Shown here in pieces: positions 7,877-14,674 of a stretch of DNA of 24,757 nucleotides. Positions within the stretch are counted from its first letter, which is position 1. Each line of letters begins with the position of its first letter. This DNA is from Fimbriimonadales bacterium (GTDB lineage: Bacteria; Armatimonadota; Fimbriimonadia; Fimbriimonadales; ATM1): the NCBI GenBank assembly GCA_051003155.1, contig JBPCLO010000040.1:1-24757 (forward strand), written 5' to 3'. Made by a program: the position numbers and the translations under genes. A model generated the notes under the pieces. That model did no database searches and was not told the DNA's origin. It saw only the letters and a list, made by a program, of their open reading frames with translations.

Positions 7877-8374
7877 CTACTTCGAGGCCTCGATCATCTG
7901 GGCTAGGGTCAGAAACTTGGCATCTTTGAAGCCCTTGTTCTTGGCGTAGGCTGCCGCGGTCTTCTCATCGGCGACTGCCCGGTACAGTTCTTCACATTCC
8001 TTGTGGTTGCCCTTTTGGTAGACAAACACAACGGTAGATGGGTCGGCGCTCCACTGTCCGCCCTTGCGAGTGATCGTGACCTTCTTGCCTTTGACATTGG
8101 TCGGAGCCAGGATGGTCAGGTCGCCCTTGAACTTGGTTTTGGACTGGGCGAAGGCGCACATCACGCACCGATATTCGATGCGCTTGTTGCCGACGCGCAG
8201 CAGCACCTCGTTGTCCTGCTCCTTGGTGTCTTGCGTCACGGCCAGTTTGCAGTACGGGCACTTGGTTTCATGAGCCATGGCGGGTGTCATCACCGTGCCA
8301 ACGAGGCTGCCGGTGAGGACGACCGCCAGGCCGAAAGCGCCGGCCGTGGTTTTGATTTTCTTGATGAAGTTCAC
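7877..8374 (-). CDS. Secreted Cys-motif protein, MerB/NosL-like fold (putative periplasmic metallochaperone)
   Basis: Signal peptide ending AMA|H, with CPYC...YRCVMCA...NHKEC. Visibly homologous to the C-terminal domain of the adjacent downstream gene. Confidence 0.85.
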   Translation of the reverse strand: MNFIKKIKTTAGAFGLAVVLTGSLVGTVMTPAMAHETKCPYCKLAVTQDTKEQDNEVLLRVGNKRIEYRCVMCAFAQSKTKFKGDLTILAPTNVKGKKVTITRKGGQWSADPSTVVFVYQKGNHKECEELYRAVADEKTAAAYAKNKGFKDAKFLTLAQMIEASK

Positions 8375-8546
8375 TTTTTGTTCCTTTTTGCTTTGGTTGG
8401 TGGCGGGAGGTTCCGCCGTACGAAGTCGGGGCCTTCGACAAAGAGCGAGCCAAGGAGAGTGTGCCTCGCAGGGCTGGCAGCTTTCTGATAAAGCGACGAC
8501 CTTCCCCGAGGAGACGCTTATGCTGAGGAAGGCTCAAAGCACGAAA

Positions 8547-8623
8547 CGCGCTCCCGGGCTGTTAGGTAGCCTCGTTCGTCCCTTAGCGAGACGTAAGACG
8601 CTACCTACGCCACCGGGGGCGCA
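8547..8623 (-). promoter_or_regulatory. Long RNA hairpin whose 5' arm is the A-P-P-V-A-stop codons of the leader ORF (putative attenuator)
   Basis: On the + strand, TAGGTAGC 8563-8570 pairs with GCTACCTA 8600-8607 (8/8, includes the stop codon). GCGCTCCCGG 8548-8557 pairs with CCGGGGGCGC 8613-8622 (9/10). Inner CTCG 8571-8574 pairs with CGAG 8587-8590. Confidence 0.6.
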
Positions 8624-9081
8624 CGGCCAAAATCCGAATGCCAGGCCACACTAGGTGGCGAACTGTCCGAATGGAAAATGATGGTCCGATCGCGGCGTAT
8701 CAAGGGGGCGGAAGGAAGATCGAGCGCTACCGGCAAAGCTAAGAAAGTCGGTGTGGTGGGAATCGCCGGAGATGGGTCGCTGTAGGCGGCCGGGTTGGCC
8801 GGCTTCATCTCGCAGCAGCAGCTCGCCGGCTCACATTTCCCGTTATCGTCGCAACAATCTTTGCTTGCCCTTGAATGGTTTACCGCAGCCTTAGATGCCT
8901 GATGACAAGAGGGCTTCGGCTCCGGATAGCTGGCCTCCTGCCTAGCCTGCCGCTGAAGACACTGCCACATCGCGCCCGCAGGGCATACGATGGACGAGAG
9001 GGCGTTACCCGTGCTTCCCAAGGCGACCGAGAACGCGAACAGGAATCTGATCACTATCGAGGCCCGCCTAATGCGTCGCAC
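8605..9081 (-). CDS. Secreted Cys-rich leader protein with C-terminal RAPP arrest motif (CutF/CruR, DUF2946-like)
   Basis: Basic plus hydrophobic N-terminal signal, 9 Cys (CCDDNGKCEPASCCC), Pro-rich spacer, ends FGRAPPVA*. First gene of a copper-protein cluster. Confidence 0.8.
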   Translation of the reverse strand: MRRIRRASIVIRFLFAFSVALGSTGNALSSIVCPAGAMWQCLQRQARQEASYPEPKPSCHQASKAAVNHSRASKDCCDDNGKCEPASCCCEMKPANPAAYSDPSPAIPTTPTFLALPVALDLPSAPLIRRDRTIIFHSDSSPPSVAWHSDFGRAPPVA

Positions 9082-9256
9082 TTACTTCGTATAACGCGCT
9101 CGCCTCGGGCGGCGTTCCCGAGTATCGGGAGTCGATGCCACGGCACCGAGGTCGAAGTTTGGCGTGAAAGTGTACGCGGCTTCTTGACGACGCGTAAAAT
9201 CGACGAGGCGACCTGACTCGAAATCGAAGGTTGGCGCCAAACTTTTCGCTCGGCGG

Positions 9257-9943
9257 TCAACTAGCCGCGCAGCGGATGGTCTGAAGTCTCCACTGCAGAT
9301 CTGCAGGCAGCGAATTGGAGGCGAAATCCAAGTGGACTACCCGCCTGTGTGACGGCGACACCGCCGCTGAAGAAGCGTGGACCAGGAGCGGTCTCATGAG
9401 GATCACATCACCTCGCGCGCACGTCAAGTCGACAGGGTTTCCGGTCCGAACCACCTCTTCCAATTCTTGCGGAGCCAACACCTTGTGATGGCTGCCGGCA
9501 ATCACGCGCAACGGCCCGTTGTCGGAGTCGCAATCGTCGAGATGAACTCGAATGCTTGCCATGCCTTGCAGAATGCTCTCCGGAGGCCGCACAGAAACGA
9601 TGCTCTCCATCAATGACCACGGTCCGAAGCCCTCGACTTCACGGCGCTCTGCAACTTCGATCGTGATGTCCTGGTGCCATGGCACTTTCCAATTTGCACC
9701 CGGCGTTTTGTCGAAGAAGATAGCCCTCACCACGAAAGCCCCATTACCAAGGACAGCTTCTGCGATTTGAGAAACGGATGCCGCGAGTTTTCTGACTGAC
9801 TGGAAATGAAACGCGTTGCGCGTCCCGCCCCTTCTTTCGCAAATTGCTCCTGCCAACTCTGCAGCGGCCGTTTCCTGTAAAGATAGGGAAGCAGCGCCTC
9901 GGACGACCAGGAAGCCGTTCTCTTCCAAGCTGGTGCGCGTCAC
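9257..9943 (-). CDS. Phytanoyl-CoA dioxygenase (PhyH) family Fe(II)/2-oxoglutarate dioxygenase
   Basis: LEENGF, FDKTPGANWKVPWHQD, RVHLDDCDSDNGPLRVIAGSH, GDVILMRPLLVHAS, RRVVHLDF, giving the HxD...H triad. Start is uncertain; GTG 9943 was chosen because CATACT lies 6 nt upstream. Confidence 0.92.
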   Translation of the reverse strand: MTRTSLEENGFLVVRGAASLSLQETAAAELAGAICERRGGTRNAFHFQSVRKLAASVSQIAEAVLGNGAFVVRAIFFDKTPGANWKVPWHQDITIEVAERREVEGFGPWSLMESIVSVRPPESILQGMASIRVHLDDCDSDNGPLRVIAGSHHKVLAPQELEEVVRTGNPVDLTCARGDVILMRPLLVHASSAAVSPSHRRVVHLDFASNSLPADLQWRLQTIRCAAS

Positions 9944-10179
9944 TGCCCAAGTATGGCCCCGAGTGGGATGGCTAAGGTGTCGGTTCAACGCCATAAGGGG
10001 GGCGAACCGATAACTGAAGGGATACCGAAAGCGGCCGGTTATACTTTCGACGGCGAAAAACTTTGCTGCGATGCTAGTTCTACAGTAAATCAAGGGTTAC
10101 AGCTAGACGATGATTCACGAAGAACCCACGGGCTGCACGGGTTCAGGCTACGAACTCGTCCACGTGGACACTTTGCCGA

Positions 10180-10185
10180 TATACT
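10180..10185 (+). promoter_or_regulatory. -10 element (TATACT) for a probably leaderless transcript
   Basis: TATACT lies 6 nt before the GTG at 10192 with no Shine-Dalgarno between them. Confidence 0.45.
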
Positions 10186-10191
10186 GCCAAC

Positions 10192-10711
10192 GTGAACGAC
10201 AGGCTTAGAAACCGCCATTTACCTTGGTTCTTCGCCTGCGTAATGATGAGCCTCGGCTTTGGGTCTGTCATGTCGGCGCACGTCATTCCGCTCGGAGAGC
10301 CATATTGGGACTTGCGACATTATGTGGCGTCTTATATTGGTGTCGCGATCGTGCTTGCGTTCTTCGGGGGTTGCAGTTTCATGGCGGCCTTTCTTCTTAC
10401 ATCCTTCTTTAGGCGGCTGAGGGTAACCGTGTCACGAGAAGCCGAGCGTCTCGGCATCCTCCTCATTCAGCTTCTCAGTTTCGGCGTGATCCGTTTGGTC
10501 CACCGTTCGGGTGCTGGTCTTTGCATCGGACTCTGCAGTGGAGTTTCTTAGCTCGGAAAGCAAACCCAGCTGGCTTACGCGCCCCTCGCTGCTAGTGGCA
10601 TCCACTGGTACCGCAATCATGCTATACGTTTTTCTGGCAACCTTAGCTTGCATTTGGTACCGGAAAGTGTCTCGCCGAACCTCACCAACTCAAATCGTCA
10701 GGTCCCTTTAG
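10192..10711 (+). pseudogene. Multi-TM hypothetical membrane protein split by a single +1 frameshift
   Basis: ORFs 10192-10551 and 10511-10711 join into ...LLSFGVIVWSTVRVLVFASD... if one C of the CC at 10491-10492 is removed, restoring a continuous hydrophobic helix. Confidence 0.55.
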
Positions 10712-10916
10712 AGGTTCGCCAGCCTTTGAACCATTTGCCTGGCGTGGAGCACATAGTAGACGTGGCGATGATCCCAGTGTTCTTGCCTAAGCGGGTGTCG
10801 AATGGAAGGCGGCTACCCCAGCTCGAAATTCGACGGTTGGTCCCGATTCATTTATATTCATGACCGGCATGCTTGCGGAGCTATATATTGGATGACATTC
10901 ATTTGGTAAGGTAACG

Positions 10917-11315
10917 ATGCTTTTGCGCAGTGTGTTTATTGGTTCTCTCTGTAGTTGTGTTATCCTCATATTGCTTCTTCTGAGTTGCCCGGCTAATCGT
11001 GATAAGGGCCTCGTCGGTGATTGGAAGGCGCTTGACCGGAAAGGTCGTGAACGACGCGTTACGTTTCGGGACGATGGAAGTGGACTACAAGGGGTAATTC
11101 ACGATGGTCAGTTGGACGGTGTAAGTCATTTCGACTGGGAGGCGAAAAACGGGGTTCTACAGATAAATAGTCTCGGCGAAGAAGGGGAACGCGGTTCTTG
11201 GGATAAGTTTACGTATCGGATTATTGGTCAGAAACACCTCAGGATTAATCCAGCCGTTCTTTATGAAAGCAAAGCTCCTCTCCTTGAGCGCGTCGATGCT
11301 CGCCGTAAACGGTGA
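10917..11315 (+). CDS. Small exported beta-barrel protein (lipocalin-like), possible lipoprotein
   Basis: Hydrophobic N-terminus ending LLLSC. LVGDW...VTFRDDGSG pattern, with GxW typical of lipocalin-like DUFs. Confidence 0.65.
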   Translation: MLLRSVFIGSLCSCVILILLLLSCPANRDKGLVGDWKALDRKGRERRVTFRDDGSGLQGVIHDGQLDGVSHFDWEAKNGVLQINSLGEEGERGSWDKFTYRIIGQKHLRINPAVLYESKAPLLERVDARRKR

Positions 11316-11601
11316 GATCGAGAATCAAACGTCGGCACATCCAAGCGAGCGGACCAATCGAATGTGGAGCCAGGTTTGACTGTTCCGATAAGGCAGTGGC
11401 CCGACGAAAGCGCGTGACGTGTGGTCTTTGGGAAGTACGCGCAAGATGGCCGATCCTAGGCAGAATACTCAGGGGGTATCGATACCGAGGCCTGGGCGCG
11501 CCCGGGGTCATTACACAGTAACAAAACGGCTGCTAGGTCAGTAATCGCGTGAGCTTGCAACATGAGGCTGCAAAAAGTACCAAGTCCGCTGCTTGGTCCG
11601 T

Positions 11602-12141
11602 CTACGGAGGCGCGGAATCCCCCCATTCATGGCCGCACTTGGTGCACTTGAAACTGCGCTCGTGCCGAGCCCATTCAGGATCATTTTTGGCGTTGCACTT
11701 GGGGCATCGGAAGCCAAAATGCGCTTCAACCGGGGGCCGCCGAATTGTGATAAAGGCGACGATGAACGATGACAGACCAATCAGGCCTACGAATGACACC
11801 AAAGTAACCCTTCCGAGGTCAACGTCGTTAGAGACCGTTTGGCCGATTCTTGTCATGTAAGACTCTATTGCGATATCTCCGACAGGTGCGATGATGAAGA
11901 GAACGAGGTCCAGCGCGAGGACGAAGCGCGCGAAACCGTAAGCAGCTACGCTCCCGGCACCCATCTGCCTTAGAACGATAATCCAGACTACATCGCTCGC
12001 TAGAAACGGGATCACTAGAAACGGAATGACAGCTGTGGGAAAAGCGATCAGGGAAGCCAAGAGCCAGACTTGGGAAACGGCAAAATAGGCCCACTGATAA
12101 GTCATCGTGCCGCTGGGAACAGTCGCACGTGTATTTGTCAT
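11602..12141 (-). CDS. Membrane protein (~4 TM) with C-terminal zinc ribbon
   Basis: ATG at 12141 overlaps the upstream TGA (ATGA). Hydrophobic segments, then CPKC...FKCTKCGHEW. Confidence 0.7.
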   Translation of the reverse strand: MTNTRATVPSGTMTYQWAYFAVSQVWLLASLIAFPTAVIPFLVIPFLASDVVWIIVLRQMGAGSVAAYGFARFVLALDLVLFIIAPVGDIAIESYMTRIGQTVSNDVDLGRVTLVSFVGLIGLSSFIVAFITIRRPPVEAHFGFRCPKCNAKNDPEWARHERSFKCTKCGHEWGDSAPP

Positions 12142-12557
12142 AAGTAAACACGCCAAGTCCACGAGTTGCTGTCCGGGCGAGCTATCGCCACGACTTGTAC
12201 GCAGAACAAAATTGTGGGTAGTACCAAGGCAGCCCACCCCAGATAACTCCAGCGGGTTTCGTGCGGGAACATTGGCGCTAGCGACGCAGCTCCAACGTCG
12301 ATCACGCGACGCATGACGAATCCAAGCTTTGCAATCTCACTCCAGGACCTGACCTCGGCCAATCTGACTGCCCGGGCCCCGACGATAAGAAAGATGACGA
12401 GCGACGGCAAGTTAAAATACACGGGCACCCGTTGAAAGCCAAAAAGCAAGAGGGCGCCGTACATGGCGGCATGAAAAACCGCTAGCCCAAAAAGCAATCG
12501 GTCGTATTCGCGCGCGCTAAGCCCCGTCCAATTACTCAATTGAGAGAGCCTCGACAT
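12138..12557 (-). CDS. Hypothetical membrane protein
   Basis: 3-4 hydrophobic segments; coupled to the next gene by ATGA. Start is 12557 or 12587. Confidence 0.55.
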   Translation of the reverse strand: MSRLSQLSNWTGLSAREYDRLLFGLAVFHAAMYGALLLFGFQRVPVYFNLPSLVIFLIVGARAVRLAEVRSWSEIAKLGFVMRRVIDVGAASLAPMFPHETRWSYLGWAALVLPTILFCVQVVAIARPDSNSWTWRVYL

Positions 12558-12982
12558 TGTTGTTGGCTCACATTGGATCCACCGCACCAGTGATTACCGA
12601 AGTCCTCCTTGTCATTGATCGTTTCCGCTCTGATTTTGCATATGTGTCCGCCAATATGTTTTATATGCTGCCAACTAGGGAAGCTCGACGTCCTCCCCAT
12701 CAAGACGTGCGGGCTGCCGAAAAGGGAGAAGGCTTCAACTGCCAGTGTCGGTCCTTGGCGCTGATGGCCAGCTGGCGCGCCATTTTCGACACGCAGCCAG
12801 AGCCGGAAGGAGGGTCGTCCCAATACACGATCTGGAATGCGCCGTAGCTGACCTTCATGACCTCGAGAGGGACTTCAGCTATCTTGTGGATCGCGTCATC
12901 TCGACATTTGCGATCCAAGGGAATGTGAGGTGACGACGCGGAAAATCGACGAAGGCCACTGAAGACTGCGGCCCGGTGGGTA

Positions 12983-14671
12983 TTAGCGGTGCACGTCAAT
13001 CTTCCTGGCCAGTTCGGCCATGGTGAAAGGCTTTTGAAGAAACACCACCCTGTCGTCTTGGGCAAACCGCTGGTTCAGTTCTTGCTCCATATAGCCGGAC
13101 ATTACGATGACGGGCAATTCGGGCCGAACTTCCCTGATACGAGTGAGGGCCTCCTGGCCGTCCATCACCGGCATCACCAAGTCCAAGAGTACGCGGTCGA
13201 TTTTGTCCGCCGCTGCCCCGACTGCTTTGACCCCTTCCAGGCCGTTCGACGCGGTTAGAACCGTGTAGCCAAAGTGTTCGAGAGCGCTCCTCACAACATC
13301 CCGAACAACGTCTTCATCATCGACGACGAGGATCGTGCCGGAGCGCTTCCGAGTTGCCGGTTCCGCAGCCGGTGCTCTGTCCCGGTCACCCCTAACGGTG
13401 GGCTCGTCCGCCTCAGCGACTGGAAAGAGCACTTCCAGTGTGCTGCCATCGCCGGGAGCGCTGCAAACCCTGAGTCCGCCCTGGTGGCCCCGCACAATGC
13501 CTAGCACCGCCGAAAGGCCGAGGCCGCGACCATCGGACTTGGTCGAAAAGAAGGGATCGAAGATGCGCGCCCTCGTCTTCGCGTCCATGCCGACGCCCTG
13601 GTCTTCGACCCTGAACACAACGTACTTCCCGGGCCCGGATGCGACAGGTGAATGCCACCCGCCCTTTTGTCTCTCTCCGTCTAGAGTGCTGAGCCTTGTG
13701 GACACGAAAACAATACCTGGCTTGCCGTCGAGCGACTCTGCCGCATTTAGCACTAAGTTCATGACCACCTGCTGAAGCTGGCCGCGGTCGCCGGAAAAAG
13801 CCGGCAAGCCGACCTGCAGATCGAGGGTGATCTCGACGTTTTTCGGCACGCTAACACGGATCAGTTCTGTGATCTCTCGCACGAGCGCCGAGATGTCGAG
13901 CGGCTCGACGATAAACCGCCCCTTGCCCGCATAGGCGAGGATCTGCCGCGTCAGGTCGGCGGCCCTCATGCACGCGGTGCTTACGCTGTCCAGCAGAGGC
14001 CGCGCCTCGTCCGGAACGCCGGGCATGTCTGACATAAGGCAGCTCGCTCCGAGAATGCCCGTCAACAAGTTGTTGAAGTCGTGAGCGATGCCGCCGGCCA
14101 GGACGCCCATGCTTTCCAGCTTTTGCGTCTGCAGCATGGCCAATTCGGCTTGCTTGCGATCGGTGATGTCCACGAGCATGTTGACCCCGCCGGCGATCTC
14201 GCCCGCGCTGTTTCTGAGCACGGATGGATAGGGCTCGAACCAGCGCCGCGTTCCATCAGGACGCTCGGCGATCGCCTCCACCCCGCGAGCGGGAAACCCC
14301 GTCTTTAGCGAGATCGCCATCGGACATTCGTCGTGCGGCATCGGGTTGCCGTCGGCGTCGAACAACTTCCAACTCACGCACCACTCGTCCGTGCCGATTT
14401 CGGGCGTGCGTCCAGAGAACTCCGCGGCCGCAGAGTTGAAGTGCGTGAGGCGCCCTTCGGCATCGGTCGTGTACACGGCCGTAGGCAACGCGTCGATCAT
14501 CTCCCGAAATCGACGCTCGCCTTCGTGCAGCTCGCTGTTCAGCCTCTCCGCCGCGCGCCGCGCCTCCACGGCGTCTTCCATCAAATTCAGGGCAGCCCGG
14601 CGGGCATCGTCAGAATGCCACCGAAGCTCGTCGGGTGACGAGGCGCCGTTTGTGTATTGGACCCGATCCAT
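12983..14671 (-). CDS. PAS-domain hybrid sensor histidine kinase/response regulator (CckA-type)
   Basis: PAS domain, H-box LAGGIAHDFNNLL, N-box QVVMNLVLNAAES, DQGVGM, FDPFFSTK, GRGLGL, and a REC domain ILVVDDE...LLDLVMP...FLQKPF. Confidence 0.95.
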   Translation of the reverse strand: MDRVQYTNGASSPDELRWHSDDARRAALNLMEDAVEARRAAERLNSELHEGERRFREMIDALPTAVYTTDAEGRLTHFNSAAAEFSGRTPEIGTDEWCVSWKLFDADGNPMPHDECPMAISLKTGFPARGVEAIAERPDGTRRWFEPYPSVLRNSAGEIAGGVNMLVDITDRKQAELAMLQTQKLESMGVLAGGIAHDFNNLLTGILGASCLMSDMPGVPDEARPLLDSVSTACMRAADLTRQILAYAGKGRFIVEPLDISALVREITELIRVSVPKNVEITLDLQVGLPAFSGDRGQLQQVVMNLVLNAAESLDGKPGIVFVSTRLSTLDGERQKGGWHSPVASGPGKYVVFRVEDQGVGMDAKTRARIFDPFFSTKSDGRGLGLSAVLGIVRGHQGGLRVCSAPGDGSTLEVLFPVAEADEPTVRGDRDRAPAAEPATRKRSGTILVVDDEDVVRDVVRSALEHFGYTVLTASNGLEGVKAVGAAADKIDRVLLDLVMPVMDGQEALTRIREVRPELPVIVMSGYMEQELNQRFAQDDRVVFLQKPFTMAELARKIDVHR

Positions 14672-14674
14672 TGT

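Noticed and set aside
8375..8604. Known riboswitch or tRNA in the long spacer
   Set aside because: No recognisable cobalamin, TPP, SAM, NiCo or yybP consensus and no cloverleaf by eye; an Rfam scan would be needed to exclude it fully.
10712..10916. Possible gene remnant on the minus strand (…EHWDHRHVYYVLHARQMVQRLANL*)
   Set aside because: Interrupted by a stop, short, and not matched to any family I recognise.
12590..12980. Short ORFs on both strands between the membrane pair and the kinase
   Set aside because: No RBS, motif or consistent frame; possibly decayed sequence but not assignable.
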